DNA of 64,000 nt from Thermoanaerobaculia bacterium (GCA_038214715.1 JBBQRP010000017.1:15080-79079); one strand, 5' to 3'. Numbered from the stretch's first letter, positions 15,462 to 25,911 are shown. Notes: generated from the sequence alone by a model not told the origin. Made by a program: numbers and translations.

Positions 15462-17764
15462 GACGCCGCGTCCACGTCGCGATCTGCGCCCTCGAAGGCC
15501 TCGGCGCCGCGGCGCTCGAACGCGTCGACCGCCTTCAGCACTCTTCGGCGCGCGTCGTCCACGAAGATGGCCTGCGAGTCGATCGGCGCCTCGCCTTCGG
15601 CGGGCTTGAGGCGCTCGTAGGCGCCGCTCTCGCCGAGGACGCGGGCCCTCACGTTGTCCTTGAGCATCGTGTCGAGGACGTCGACGATCTGCTGCGCGAG
15701 GGCGGGCTCTTCCACCGGGAAGGCGATCTCGACCCGCCGGAAGAAGTTGCGGGGCATCCAGTCGGCCGAGGACAGCCAGACCTGGCGGTCGCCGCCGTTC
15801 TCGAACACGAAGGTACGGCTGTGCTCGAGGAACCGACCCACGAGAGACCGCACGCGGATCGTCTCCGAGACACCGGAGACGCCGGGCTTCAGGCAGCAGA
15901 TCCCGCGGATGATGAGATCCACGGGGACGCCCGCCTGCGACGCCTCATAGAGCGCCGCGATGACTTTCGGGTCGACGAGCGCGTTCATCTTGGCCTTGAT
16001 GCCCGAGGGGCGGCCCGCACGCGCGTGCGCCGTCTCGCGCCCGATCCAATCGAGGACCGTGCGGTGCATGTCCTTCGGCGCCGTCACGAGGCGCGCGTAG
16101 CTCGTCTTGCCCGCGAAACCCGTGAGCGCGTTGAAGAGCCGCGTCGCGTCCTCGCCGAACTCGGGCCGGCAGGTCATGAGACCGAAGTCCGTGTAGAGGC
16201 GGGCCGTGGACGCGTTGTAGTTGCCCGTGCCGAGGTGCACATAGCGGCGGATCTCGTCCTTCTCGCGGCGGACGATGAGAGCGATCTTGCCGTGCGTCTT
16301 GAGCCCGACGACGCCGTAGACGACGTGGACGCCCGCCTGCTCGAGCGACTTCGCCCATTCGATGTTCTTCTCCTCGTCGAAGCGGGCCTTCAGCTCGACG
16401 AGGACCGCGACCTGCTTGCCGTTCTCGGCCGCCCGGATCAGAGCCGGCAGGATCGCCGAGTCCGCGTTCGTGCGGTAGAGCGTCATCTTGATCGCGACCG
16501 TCTTCGAGTCCACGGACGCGCGCTCGATCATCTCGACGACTGGCGAGAAGGAATCGTAAGGATGGTGGAGGAGGACGTCGCCCGCGCGGATCGCGGCGAA
16601 GACGGACGTATCGGGCTGGTTGAAGACCGCGGGGACGGCCGGCGAGAACGGCGAGTCCTTGAGCTCCTTGCGGTCGAGCCGCGTCAGCGACACGAGGTCG
16701 CCGGCGCCGAGCGGGCCGTCGACTTCGTAGACCTCGTTCTCGGTGATTTCGAGCTGCTTGAGGAGAAGCTTCCGGACCCTCTTCGGCGTCTTCGGGGCGA
16801 CCTCCAGGCGCACGACGGCGCCGAAGCGGCGGCGGCGCACTTCCTGCTCGATCGTCGCGAGGAGGTCGGAGGCCTCGTCCTCCTGGATTTCGATGTCCGC
16901 GTCGCGCGTCACCCGGAAGAGGTGCGACGACGCGATCTCGAGGCCCGGGAAGAGCTCGCCGAGGTTCGCCTGGATGAGCGACTCGAGGAGCAGGAATTCC
17001 GCCTTGTCGGGCTTGACCTTCTTCTTCCCCTCCACGAGCTCGCGCACGGCGAGGAGTCGCGGCATCGCCTGTGGCACCTTCACGCGGGCGAACTTCGTCT
17101 CGCCCGTTTCGGGGTTCTTCACCTCGACCGCGAGGTTCAGCGAAAGATTCGACAGGAACGGGAACGGATGGCCGGGGTCGACCGCGAGCGGCGTGAGCAC
17201 CGGCAGGACGTTTCTCTTGAAGTGCGTGCTTGCGGCCTCGCGCTGCACGTCGTTCAGGTCGCTCCATGTCAGGATCGAGATACCGGACGCGGCGAGCTTC
17301 GGGAGGATGTCGTTGACGAGGCACGACGTCTGCCGGAGCTGCATCCCGAGCACGGCCGCGCGGACGCGCGCGAGGGCGTCCGCGGGGGGAAGGCCGTCGT
17401 CCGTCGGCTCGACGCTCTCCGAGGAGAGCTGGTCGAGGAGGCCCGACACGCGGATCATGAAGAATTCGTCGAGGTTCGTCTCGCTGATCGCGAGGAATTT
17501 GAGGCGCTCGAGGAGCGGCCACAGCTCGTCGTGGGCCTCCTCGAGGACACGCTCGTTGAACGCGAGCCAGGAGAGCTCGCGGTTGAGAAGAGGCTGCGTC
17601 GGAGCCACCGCGGATGGTGCCAGCGACTGCGCGGACGCCAATTCGTCCTGGACGAGCCTCAGCGGGCGTCTCTTGCGGGGTCTCTGTTCGTCTCGACGAA
17701 TCATGGCGGAGGGCCTTCGGGCGGGCAGCGAGAATACCCCGCCTCGAGGGGCGGTGGGTGTCAC
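15458..17764 (-). CDS. ppk: polyphosphate kinase 1
   Basis: 768 aa. LNRELSWLAFNERVLEEA N-terminus and two PLD-like HKD-type C-terminal domains (VHVVYGVVGLKTHGKIALI, GRFLEHSRTFVF). ATG at 17704 (MIRRDEQ) is an alternative start. Confidence 0.95.
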   Translation of the reverse strand: MTPTAPRGGVFSLPARRPSAMIRRDEQRPRKRRPLRLVQDELASAQSLAPSAVAPTQPLLNRELSWLAFNERVLEEAHDELWPLLERLKFLAISETNLDEFFMIRVSGLLDQLSSESVEPTDDGLPPADALARVRAAVLGMQLRQTSCLVNDILPKLAASGISILTWSDLNDVQREAASTHFKRNVLPVLTPLAVDPGHPFPFLSNLSLNLAVEVKNPETGETKFARVKVPQAMPRLLAVRELVEGKKKVKPDKAEFLLLESLIQANLGELFPGLEIASSHLFRVTRDADIEIQEDEASDLLATIEQEVRRRRFGAVVRLEVAPKTPKRVRKLLLKQLEITENEVYEVDGPLGAGDLVSLTRLDRKELKDSPFSPAVPAVFNQPDTSVFAAIRAGDVLLHHPYDSFSPVVEMIERASVDSKTVAIKMTLYRTNADSAILPALIRAAENGKQVAVLVELKARFDEEKNIEWAKSLEQAGVHVVYGVVGLKTHGKIALIVRREKDEIRRYVHLGTGNYNASTARLYTDFGLMTCRPEFGEDATRLFNALTGFAGKTSYARLVTAPKDMHRTVLDWIGRETAHARAGRPSGIKAKMNALVDPKVIAALYEASQAGVPVDLIIRGICCLKPGVSGVSETIRVRSLVGRFLEHSRTFVFENGGDRQVWLSSADWMPRNFFRRVEIAFPVEEPALAQQIVDVLDTMLKDNVRARVLGESGAYERLKPAEGEAPIDSQAIFVDDARRRVLKAVDAFERRGAEAFEGADRDVDAAS

Positions 17765-17804
17765 GAGGGCTCCGCTAGCTGTTATCAGTCAGCAAACACA
17801 GTAC

Positions 17805-19088
17805 TTAACGTGCATCTGCGGGTCGGCCCTGGTGCTCGGCGCGAAGGAGGTCGAGGGCCGTCTTGACCGGCGCGAACGTCTCTTTGGGCACTTCGACGAA
17901 GACGGTTTCCCAGTGCGACATCGCCCCGTTCCAGAGCCCCGGCCTCTCGAGCGCGAGGAGGGGCCTGCCCTCGTGGGCCTTCTTCGCGACGAAGACGGCC
18001 CGTTCGTCGACGAAGCGCGAGAGATCGAACGGTCGCCCCTCCTCGTCCCGGATGGAGCACACGAGGTCGACGGGATTGAAGTGCGTCGCCGCGCCCCAGA
18101 TTGCAGCCTGCGCGGGATTCGAGAGGTCGACCTGCGCCGATTCGACGATCTGCTTCGAGGCGCCCTCCTCTCCCGCGATCCAGAACGGGCCGCCGCCGGG
18201 CTCGCCCTCGTTGCGCACGACGCCCGCGACCCTGAGCGGGCGCGTCCGCTTTCCCTCGCGCTCCCGCCGCAGGAGGAAGCCCGCGAGGAGCCTCTTCCAG
18301 AGAACCGTCGGCGCCCTGATGTGATCGGGTACGACGTTGTCGATGTTCTTCACGAGGACGACGTCGCCTCCGCTCTCTCCGAGGTTCTTGAGGAGGGAGC
18401 CGTGGCCTCCCGGCCGGAACAGGATCTGCCCCTCGGCGTCCCGGAACAGGTGGCCCGTTTCGTCGAGCGCGACCGTGTCCGTGGACGGCGACTGCTCGGA
18501 AAACTTCACGTCGAACCGGGCGCCGATTCCCGCCTCGAGACGCGGCCTCGCCTTCTCGAGCGCGGCCTCGAACGCGGCGCGGTGCTCCCGGGACACCGTG
18601 ACGTGGAGGCGGCAGAGACCCTTCGCGTCGCGGACCGTCGCGGCAGCCTCGACGAGGTGTTCCTCGAACGGAGTCCGTGAAGTCTCACCGTACCGGTGGA
18701 ACGGGAGGAGGCCCTTCGGGAGCGCCGCGAGCGCGTCCACGCCTTCCGTGGGAAACGCGAACCGGTGGCGATTCTCCTCGAAGCGGCGGACGTCCTCGTG
18801 AGAGGGATCCGAGGACTTCAGGAACGCGAACATCCGGCTCGCTGCGCCCGAGGCGGGCACGAACTTCGAGAGGCGGCCTTCGCGTGCCGCCAGGTCCGCG
18901 AAAGCGAGGAGAGCAGCGTGCTCTCTCTCCTCGATCCGTTCGACGCCGTCCGAGGGTGTGCATGGGCGAAGGAGCGTCGCGGCGGGGGGCGGGTCGTGAA
19001 GGAGGACGGCCTGCCTCGCGACCTCCTCGGACGTAAGGCCATGGGCCTGGATCCTCTCGCGATCGGCCTGGGTGAGCTCGTCTCGCAT
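17805..19088 (-). CDS. DUF4301-family protein (nucleotidyltransferase-like fold)
   Basis: I trimmed track ORF 17805..19658 to ATG at 19088. MRDELTQADRERIQAHGLTSEEV, FRPGGHGSLL and VKNIDNV resemble the DUF4301 / UDP-sugar pyrophosphorylase-like family. The upstream part of the ORF is antisense to ppa. Confidence 0.75.
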   Translation of the reverse strand: MRDELTQADRERIQAHGLTSEEVARQAVLLHDPPPAATLLRPCTPSDGVERIEEREHAALLAFADLAAREGRLSKFVPASGAASRMFAFLKSSDPSHEDVRRFEENRHRFAFPTEGVDALAALPKGLLPFHRYGETSRTPFEEHLVEAAATVRDAKGLCRLHVTVSREHRAAFEAALEKARPRLEAGIGARFDVKFSEQSPSTDTVALDETGHLFRDAEGQILFRPGGHGSLLKNLGESGGDVVLVKNIDNVVPDHIRAPTVLWKRLLAGFLLRREREGKRTRPLRVAGVVRNEGEPGGGPFWIAGEEGASKQIVESAQVDLSNPAQAAIWGAATHFNPVDLVCSIRDEEGRPFDLSRFVDERAVFVAKKAHEGRPLLALERPGLWNGAMSHWETVFVEVPKETFAPVKTALDLLRAEHQGRPADAR

Positions 19089-19112
19089 CGCGTTCAGGAT
19101 AACCTTGGCGCC

Positions 19113-19730
19113 ATGGACGTTCCGTCGCAGTTTGCGGCCCACCCGTGGCACGGCGTGGATCCTGGTCCCGACTTCCCCGCGGCTTTCACCGCGTTCATCG
19201 AGATCGTCCCGACAGACACGGTGAAGTACGAGCTCGACAAGGCGACCGGCATCCTCAAGGTGGACCGACCGCAGCTTTTCTCGAACGTGTGCCCGACGCT
19301 CTACGGCTTGGTGCCGCGCACGTTCTGCGGGCCGCGCGTCGCCCGGCTCTGCGAGGAGAGGACGGGCCGCTCGGGTCTCAAGGGCGACGGCGATCCGATG
19401 GACGTCTGCGTCCTCACGGAAAAGCCCATCACGCACGCGCAGATCCTCGTCCCGGCGGTTCCGATCGGCGGCCTGAGGATGCTCGACAACGACGAGGTGG
19501 ACGACAAGATCCTCGCCGTTCTCAAGGGCGACGCCGTCTACGGCGCGCTCACGGACGTCGCGGAGATGCCGCGGTCCCTCGTCGACCGGCTCCGCCACTA
19601 CTTCCTCACGTACAAGCAGCGCCCCGGCGGAACGACGCCGCCCGTCGAGATTACGCACATCTACGGGCGCGAAGAAGCCCTATCCGTCCTCGAGGCGAGC
19701 CGCGACGACTACCGCGCGCGGTTCGGCTGA
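19113..19730 (+). CDS. ppa: inorganic pyrophosphatase, family I
   Basis: I trimmed track ORF 18696..19730 to ATG at 19113. HPWHG, IEIVPTDTVKYELDKATGILKVDRP and DGDPMDV are family I PPase signatures. Confidence 0.93.
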   Translation: MDVPSQFAAHPWHGVDPGPDFPAAFTAFIEIVPTDTVKYELDKATGILKVDRPQLFSNVCPTLYGLVPRTFCGPRVARLCEERTGRSGLKGDGDPMDVCVLTEKPITHAQILVPAVPIGGLRMLDNDEVDDKILAVLKGDAVYGALTDVAEMPRSLVDRLRHYFLTYKQRPGGTTPPVEITHIYGREEALSVLEASRDDYRARFG

Positions 19731-19743
19731 GGCCTCCCGCGCA

Positions 19744-20640
19744 TCAGCCCTGCGCCGCCTTCCAGGCCGCGTAGTACGTCTCGACCTCATCCTCGAAGCC
19801 GCTGTGCGTCGGCTGCCAGCCGAGGCGCGCGACGGCCTTGCGCGAGTCCACGTGCTGGTCGAGGGCGAGCGCGTCCGCGAAGCCGCCCATCTTCCGCCGC
19901 GCTTCGTCGAGCGGGACCCAGCGGATCTCGCCCGTGAATCCCGCGGCCCGTGCGGCGGCGACGGCGAGGCGCCGCAAGGGCGCGCGCGAACGGTCCGTCA
20001 CGTTGAAGATCTCTCCCGAGAGGCCGCTCGATGCGGCGCGCACGTACGCGTCCGCGCAGTCGTCGGCGTGGACCATCGCCCAGCGGTTGTGGCCGTCGCC
20101 GGGCATCTCGAGGGAGCCCGCCGCGGCACCCGCGAACAGCATCGCGGTGAGACTTCCGGCGTAACCGTAGACGCAGCCCGGGCGGAGGACGATCCCTTTC
20201 ACGCCCGCGAAGGAGAGAACGCGCTTCTCGATCTCGACGCGGGGAACGCTCATCGGGAGCGGGGCGAGCGGCGTCGTCTCGTCCGCAACCCCGTCGCCCA
20301 CGGATCCGTACACCCAGACGCCGCTCGTGTAGAGGAGCGACTTCGGCGAGGCGCCCCTGCCGGCGAGCGCGAGGAGGCCCTCGACCGCGGCGCGATCCGC
20401 GGCCCACACGTCGGCCTTCGAGTCGGAGGCGACGTGGACGAGGACGGACGCGTCTTCGGCGCCTTTCCATGTGGCGGGGTCCTGCATCGTGCCGAGCACG
20501 GGCCGGATTTCGTGCCTGTCGAGGCGGGCCGCGCCCGCCTCGGACCGCGTCAGGCCGAGGACGTGGTGCCCCGCGCGCCGGAAGGCGTGCGCGACGCGGA
20601 ATCCGACGTGGCCGGTGGCTCCCGTGATGAAGATTCTCAT
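19744..20640 (-). CDS. NAD-dependent epimerase/dehydratase family protein (atypical SDR)
   Basis: [13 protein letters not shown] Rossmann motif at the N-terminus. 298 aa. Confidence 0.85.
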   Translation of the reverse strand: MRIFITGATGHVGFRVAHAFRRAGHHVLGLTRSEAGAARLDRHEIRPVLGTMQDPATWKGAEDASVLVHVASDSKADVWAADRAAVEGLLALAGRGASPKSLLYTSGVWVYGSVGDGVADETTPLAPLPMSVPRVEIEKRVLSFAGVKGIVLRPGCVYGYAGSLTAMLFAGAAAGSLEMPGDGHNRWAMVHADDCADAYVRAASSGLSGEIFNVTDRSRAPLRRLAVAAARAAGFTGEIRWVPLDEARRKMGGFADALALDQHVDSRKAVARLGWQPTHSGFEDEVETYYAAWKAAQG

Positions 20641-20672
20641 GGCGTGAGCTTATCCTTCCCGGTGGAGGTCTC

Positions 20673-21077
20673 ATGGGCGAAGGATCCGAAGACGCGACAC
20701 GGGCCGACCTTTTCCGGATCGCCGGAGAACTCGGGATTCCGAGCGGCCAGAGGCACATCTTCCTCTGCTGCGACCAGACGAAGCCGAAGTGTAGCGAGAA
20801 GGAGCGCGCGAACGTCGCGTGGCGCTTCCTGAAGGACCGGCTGAGAGAGCTGGGTCTTTCGGCGAACGGCCACATCCAGCGCACGAAAGCGAACTGCCTG
20901 AAGATCTGTGAGGGCGGTCCGATCGCCGTCGTGTATCCGGAGGGCGTCTGGTATCGCGCGTGCGACCCGCCCGTCCTCGAGAGGATCATCCAGGAACACC
21001 TCGTGGGCGGCCGCCCCGTCGAGGAATTCGTGATCGTCGAGCACCCGCTGTCCGGAGGCGTGGTCACCGCCCCGTGA
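20673..21077 (+). CDS. thioredoxin-like [2Fe-2S] ferredoxin domain protein
   Basis: 134 aa. HIFLCC...KPKC...[19 protein letters not shown] pattern of (2Fe-2S) ferredoxin-domain proteins. GGTGGAGG lies upstream. Confidence 0.72.
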   Translation: MGEGSEDATRADLFRIAGELGIPSGQRHIFLCCDQTKPKCSEKERANVAWRFLKDRLRELGLSANGHIQRTKANCLKICEGGPIAVVYPEGVWYRACDPPVLERIIQEHLVGGRPVEEFVIVEHPLSGGVVTAP

Positions 21078-22024
21078 CGCTTCCCGTCGAATCCCTCTAC
21101 GAACGCCTGCTCATCGACGACGAATGGGCGGTCCGGACCCCGGACGGATTCACGTGGTGGCCGCATCGTCTCGCGCAGCGGGTCCACGCCGAGGCTGGTC
21201 GGGGAGACGGGACACGGATCCACGTGGAAACGGACGTGCTGAGGTCGGGGGGCGGCGTTCTCAGGGACTCCGCCGAAGCCGCGCTCGTCGAGCTCATGCG
21301 CCACCCGCCGATGTGCGCCTTCCTTCCCCTTGCGGAGGACGGCGTCGTGCGTCTCTGGTCGGCCGTCCGCGTGTCGCGCGAAAACGAGGCGTTCGCCCTC
21401 GCGCGGCTCGCGACGGCCGCCGCCCTGCAGGCGACGTACGCGGAGCTCGGGCTCGCCTCGCTCGCGCCTGCGACGGGCCTGGCTCCGGGGACGAGCGCAC
21501 ACCCCACGTCGGGTCCGCGCCCTCATCCCGACGGGCTTCTGGACCTTCTCGCCCGGCGCCTCGCGCCGGAGGGCCAGGGCGCCTCGCGCTACGGAAACCC
21601 AGCGGACTGGATCGAGACCCAGGGGATTCTCGAGGCGGAGGGGTGGACCGCGTTGGCGGATCCGCGCGGCCTCACGGCGCGGGACGGAGCCGGGGTGCTC
21701 CTGGAAGCCCGTCACGGCGAGCGGCATCCTGAGCTCGGCTCCGGTCTCTTTGTTCGGCTCTTCCTGCCTTCGTCCCTCGCGTGCCCCTCGGCGAACGCGG
21801 CGCTTCGCCTGAACGCCCACGAGAGGCGGGACGAAGGCGCCGCCGCCACGATGGGGTCCTGGTGCCTCGAAGAGTCCGAACCGGCAGTCGAGTTCGACGT
21901 CCGGCCCGCGCCCCCGCGGCTCGCGTTCGTGGAATTCCTTCCGAACGCGCTGTTCCGTCCGGGCCTCGTCGCGGGCTGCGTGCGCGGAGTGGTGGAGAGG
22001 CGGGCCGCCTCGTCCTGGCCTTGA
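21074..22024 (+). CDS. hypothetical protein
   Basis: I trimmed track ORF 20960..22024 to GTG at 21074, which overlaps the ferredoxin stop as GTGA. No family recognised. Confidence 0.5.
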   Translation: MTLPVESLYERLLIDDEWAVRTPDGFTWWPHRLAQRVHAEAGRGDGTRIHVETDVLRSGGGVLRDSAEAALVELMRHPPMCAFLPLAEDGVVRLWSAVRVSRENEAFALARLATAAALQATYAELGLASLAPATGLAPGTSAHPTSGPRPHPDGLLDLLARRLAPEGQGASRYGNPADWIETQGILEAEGWTALADPRGLTARDGAGVLLEARHGERHPELGSGLFVRLFLPSSLACPSANAALRLNAHERRDEGAAATMGSWCLEESEPAVEFDVRPAPPRLAFVEFLPNALFRPGLVAGCVRGVVERRAASSWP

Positions 22025-22051
22025 TCGCCCGCTTCGCCTCTTTTACTTCCT

Positions 22052-22582
22052 CTACTTCGCCATGAACTTCAGCGCGGTCCCGTTCATGCAGTAGCGGAGG
22101 CCGGTCGGCTTCGGCCCGTCGTCGAAAACGTGGCCGAGGTGCGCGTCGCAGCGCCGGCACATCACCTCGGTGCGGACGCTGAAAAAGCTCCGGTCCTCTT
22201 CGGTCCTCACGGCGTTCGCGGCGATCGGCTGCCAGAAACTGGGCCACCCGGTGCCCGACTCGAACTTCGTGTCGGAGCTGAAGAGCGGGAGGTCGCAGCA
22301 CACGCACGCATAGGTGCCCTTCGCGTGATTGTCCCAGTTCGGGCCCGTGAAGGCTCTTTCCGTGCCCTTCTTGCGGGTGACGTGGAACTGCTCGGGTGTC
22401 AGGATCTTCTTCCACTCGGCTTCGGTCTTGACGACCCGGTCGGCGGAGGGGGCGGTGTCCGGCATGGCGGATCCTTTCTGGGGAGAGGCCTTACCCGAGG
22501 AACCGAGCGCGGCGAGGACGCCGGCTCCCGCGAGGACGGGAAGAGTGATGGCGAGGAAATCGCGTCGTCTCATGGATGTCAT
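22052..22582 (-). CDS. msrB: peptide-methionine (R)-S-oxide reductase MsrB with Tat-type signal peptide
   Basis: [18 protein letters not shown] twin-arginine leader. Two CxxC zinc pairs (CVCC, CRRC). GWPSF, and the catalytic RYCMNG. Confidence 0.92.
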   Translation of the reverse strand: MTSMRRRDFLAITLPVLAGAGVLAALGSSGKASPQKGSAMPDTAPSADRVVKTEAEWKKILTPEQFHVTRKKGTERAFTGPNWDNHAKGTYACVCCDLPLFSSDTKFESGTGWPSFWQPIAANAVRTEEDRSFFSVRTEVMCRRCDAHLGHVFDDGPKPTGLRYCMNGTALKFMAK

Positions 22583-22654
22583 GCCCCTCCGAAAATGCTT
22601 TTTCCCGCCGGATTATTCCCTTCGAAGAGGCCGGGCGGGGGAGAAGCCACTGGC

Positions 22655-23146
22655 TCAACGCGCCGGGACGAACCGAAGCGCCGTGCCGTTCACGCAATAA
22701 CGCAGCCCGGTGGGTTTCGGTCCGTCGTCGAAGACGTCGCCGAGGTGAGCGTCGCAACGGGCGCAGAGGACCTCGGCGCCGCGGACTCTGCGGATTCCGT
22801 TCCCGGACGGAACCAGCGCCGAGTCCCGAGGGCCGGCCTCACGGACCGCGTCCTTCGCGATCGGCTGCCAGAAGCTCGGCCAGCCCGTGCCGGAGTCGAA
22901 CTTGTTCTTCGAGGAAAAGAGCGGGAGGTCGCAGCACACGCAGAGATACGCGCCCCTGGCGTGGTTGTCCCATCTGGGCCCCGTGAAAGGGGTCTCCGTG
23001 CCCTTCTCGCGCGTGACGTGAAACTGCGCGGGCGTCAGGACCTTCTTCCACTCTTCGTCGGTCTTGACGACGCGATCCGGGCGAACGGCGACGGCGGCGG
23101 CCGCGAGCATGACGGACGACAGAAGCAGGAGCGTGCGGCGGCTCAC
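22655..23146 (-). CDS. msrB: peptide-methionine (R)-S-oxide reductase MsrB paralog with signal peptide
   Basis: C-terminal 163 codons of track ORF 22655..25192. GTG at 23146 overlaps the decarboxylase stop as GTGA. Hydrophobic leader LLLLSSVMLAAAAVAV. CVCC/CARC zinc pairs, GWPSF, RYCVNG. Confidence 0.9.
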   Translation of the reverse strand: MSRRTLLLLSSVMLAAAAVAVRPDRVVKTDEEWKKVLTPAQFHVTREKGTETPFTGPRWDNHARGAYLCVCCDLPLFSSKNKFDSGTGWPSFWQPIAKDAVREAGPRDSALVPSGNGIRRVRGAEVLCARCDAHLGDVFDDGPKPTGLRYCVNGTALRFVPAR

Positions 23147-24576
23147 GGATCGTCCCTCGCGAGCTCCGCTGCGGCGTCCCGAATGTCCTCGAGGGCCATT
23201 CCGATGCGGTCGGCGTGGGTGCGGAAGCTCAGGATGCACATGCGGATCGCGTAGTCGTCGCCGAGAAGCGTGCCCGTGAGGAGCACCCGCTGCTTCGCGT
23301 TCACGCGCGCCATGAGCTCCCGGCTCAGCCGGTTCGCCTCCTCGGCGGACGCTCCCGCCGGTGCGAGGCGGAACGCAAAGAGAGAGAGTTGCGGTTCGGC
23401 GACGACCGTCATCCCCGGAATGGCGCGGACCGCTTCGACCGCTTCCCGCGCGTGGTCCAGCTTCTCGTCGAGAGCGGCGCGGAACGCCGCGAGGCCGCAG
23501 AGCTTCAGCGAGAGCCAGGCGCCGAGGCCGCGGAAATTCCGCGAGAGCTCCGGCGAGATCTCGCAGAAGTCCACCGAGTCCGGGTCGTCCTGCATGCCTG
23601 GCATGTAGTGGGCCTGCACGCTGTGCGAGCGGCGGAGCGCAGCCGGATCCTTGACGAGGAGGCAGCCCGACCCGTACGGCATGAACAGGCCCTTGTGGGG
23701 ATCGAGGACGAGGGAGTCGGCGCGCGCGAGGCCTGTCAGGATCGACCGTCCGCGCCCGGTCAGCGCGAAGAAGCCGCCGTACGCACCGTCCGTGTGCAGC
23801 CAGAGAGATTCCCTTGCGGCGAAATCGGCGAGGGCGTCGAGATCGTCCACGGCGCCCGTGTTCGTCGTCCCGGCGCTCGCGACGAGGAGAAACGGCGCGT
23901 AGCCCGCGGCGCGGTCGCGCGAGACGATGTCCCGGAGCGCGTCGAGACGCATCCGGTACGAGGCGTCCGACGGGATCTCGCGCACGTTCGCGGCGGGGAA
24001 GCCCGCGAGGAGGGCCGCCTTGCGGATGCAGTGGTGGCCCTGATCGGAGACGTAGAGAGTGCCCTTGAGGAAATTCTCGGGAAGCTTCTCGTGGCGCGCC
24101 GCGACGATGGCGGAGAAGTTCGCGAGGGATCCGCCGGACGTCAGGAACCCGCCCGCGCTCTCCGGATATCCCACGGCGCCCGCGAACCAGCGGATCACGT
24201 TCGTTTCCAGCTGCACGAGGGCCGGCGCGGGAGCGAAGACGCCCACGTAGCGGTTCACGGCGGCGGAAATGAAGTCCGCGACCGCGGCGTAGGGCTGGCC
24301 GCCGCCGGGGATGTACGCGAGGAATCCCGGTCCCGCGTTGTTGAAGGATGCGGGAATCGCCTTCTCGAAGAGGAGGTCGAGGATCGGACCGGGGTCCGCA
24401 CCCTCCTCGGGAGGTTCGCGCTCGATCAGGGACCGCGCGAGCGCCGGGGCTCCGGCGGTCCCGTCCGCGGGCTGGGACCCCAGCGTGTCGACGTGCCGTG
24501 CGACACGCCGGACCACGTCGTCGACGAGGAGGCGCAGCTCCTCCCCCGAGGGTTCGAGCGGGAGACCGGTCTTCAC
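23143..24576 (-). CDS. pyridoxal-dependent (group II) amino-acid decarboxylase
   Basis: I trimmed track ORF 23143..25167 to GTG at 24576, which overlaps the glmM stop as GTGA. SGGSLANFSAI, HTDGAYGG and the LDPHKGLF PLP-lysine motif. Confidence 0.88.
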   Translation of the reverse strand: MKTGLPLEPSGEELRLLVDDVVRRVARHVDTLGSQPADGTAGAPALARSLIEREPPEEGADPGPILDLLFEKAIPASFNNAGPGFLAYIPGGGQPYAAVADFISAAVNRYVGVFAPAPALVQLETNVIRWFAGAVGYPESAGGFLTSGGSLANFSAIVAARHEKLPENFLKGTLYVSDQGHHCIRKAALLAGFPAANVREIPSDASYRMRLDALRDIVSRDRAAGYAPFLLVASAGTTNTGAVDDLDALADFAARESLWLHTDGAYGGFFALTGRGRSILTGLARADSLVLDPHKGLFMPYGSGCLLVKDPAALRRSHSVQAHYMPGMQDDPDSVDFCEISPELSRNFRGLGAWLSLKLCGLAAFRAALDEKLDHAREAVEAVRAIPGMTVVAEPQLSLFAFRLAPAGASAEEANRLSRELMARVNAKQRVLLTGTLLGDDYAIRMCILSFRTHADRIGMALEDIRDAAAELARDDP

Positions 24577-25898
24577 GCTCCGAGACTCTCGCGGACCGCG
24601 GTCGCGAGTTCGCTCGCGACGGAGTCGACGAGGGCTGCGTCCGTGCCCTCGACCATGACGCGCGCGAGCGCCTCGGTGCCCGAGTATCGGAGAAGGATCC
24701 GTCCGAGCCCGGACATCCGCGCCTCCGCCGCCCGGTGCGCGGCCGCGAAGCCCGGGATCGCGTCGAACGGGACTTTCTCGCGCACCCGCACGTTCTTGAG
24801 GACCTGCGGCGTATGCCGGAAGCGCGGCTGAGCCGACAGGGGACGCTTCGAGGCGGCGACGAGCGCCGCGAGGTGGAGGCCCGTGAGCGTTCCGTCGCCC
24901 GTCGTCGTGAGGTCGGACCGGATGAGATGGCCGGACTGCTCGCCGCCGAGGAGCGCGCCGCTCTTCTCCATCTCCTCGACGACGTACCGGTCGCCGACGG
25001 CGGCGCGGACGAGCCGGACTCCCCGGTCGAGCAGGGCCCTTTCGAGCCCCCAGTTCGACATGACCGTTCCCACGATCGACTCGGGCTTCCGGCCTTCGCG
25101 CTCGAGCTCGACGGTCCAGAGATAGAGAACGTCGTCTCCGTCGAGAAGCGTGCCCTTGTCGTCGCACACGATGATGCGGTCCGCGTCGCCATCGAGGGCG
25201 ATTCCGAGGTCCGCCTTCTCCTCGAGGACGGCCGCGCGCATCCCGTCGGGGTGGAGCGCTCCGCAGCCGTCGTTGATGTTCCGTCCGTCCGGCGAAACGT
25301 TCTTCGCGATCACGACGGCGCCCGCCGCGGCGAAGGCTGCCGGCGCCGCTTCGAAGGCCGCGCCGTTCGCGGCGTCGATCACGACCCTCAGGCCGTCGAG
25401 CCTGTGGGGAAGGCTCCTCACGAGGTGGTTGATGTACTCCGCGCCGAGGAGGAGGTCGCGGTGGACGTCCCGGGACGGGGAAGCGGTCGAGGTCGCGATG
25501 CGGCGCTCGATATCGGCCTCGACCGGGTCGGGCAGCTTGCGTCCTTCGCCCGAGAAGACCTTGATGCCGTTGTCGCCCCAGGGGTTGTGGGACGCCGAGA
25601 CGACGACGCCCGCGTCCGCGTCCGTGAGGCCCACGAGGTAGGCCACGGCGGGCGTCGGGACGATTCCCGCGAAACGAGTCCGGCCGCCCGCGGCGGCGAT
25701 TCCGCCCGCGAGTGCGCGCACGATCCCCGGCGAGGACGCGCGCGTGTCGCAGCCGACCGCGATCGCGATGGGCGGTCCCATCTCGGCGTCCACGAGGGCG
25801 GCGACGAGCGCGGTCCCGATGCGCGAGACGGTCTCGTCGTCGAGAGGGGGAGTCCCCGCCTTGCCCCGGATGCCGTCCGTGCCGAAAAGGGTGCGCAT
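24573..25898 (-). CDS. glmM: phosphoglucosamine mutase
   Basis: 441 aa. MRTLFGTDGIRG, active-site SASHNPWGDNGIK, and GEQSGH. Confidence 0.96.
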   Translation of the reverse strand: MRTLFGTDGIRGKAGTPPLDDETVSRIGTALVAALVDAEMGPPIAIAVGCDTRASSPGIVRALAGGIAAAGGRTRFAGIVPTPAVAYLVGLTDADAGVVVSASHNPWGDNGIKVFSGEGRKLPDPVEADIERRIATSTASPSRDVHRDLLLGAEYINHLVRSLPHRLDGLRVVIDAANGAAFEAAPAAFAAAGAVVIAKNVSPDGRNINDGCGALHPDGMRAAVLEEKADLGIALDGDADRIIVCDDKGTLLDGDDVLYLWTVELEREGRKPESIVGTVMSNWGLERALLDRGVRLVRAAVGDRYVVEEMEKSGALLGGEQSGHLIRSDLTTTGDGTLTGLHLAALVAASKRPLSAQPRFRHTPQVLKNVRVREKVPFDAIPGFAAAHRAAEARMSGLGRILLRYSGTEALARVMVEGTDAALVDSVASELATAVRESLGA

Positions 25899-25911
25899 TT
25901 CCGGTGCGATG

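Noticed and set aside
22597-22640. Hairpin CCCGCCGG...CCGGGCGGG in the spacer between the two msrB genes, considered as an intrinsic terminator.
   Set aside because: The loop is 19 nt and no U-tract follows on the transcribed (minus) strand. The next gene's SD (GGAGGGG) follows within 20 nt. More likely an intercistronic structure, if it is anything.
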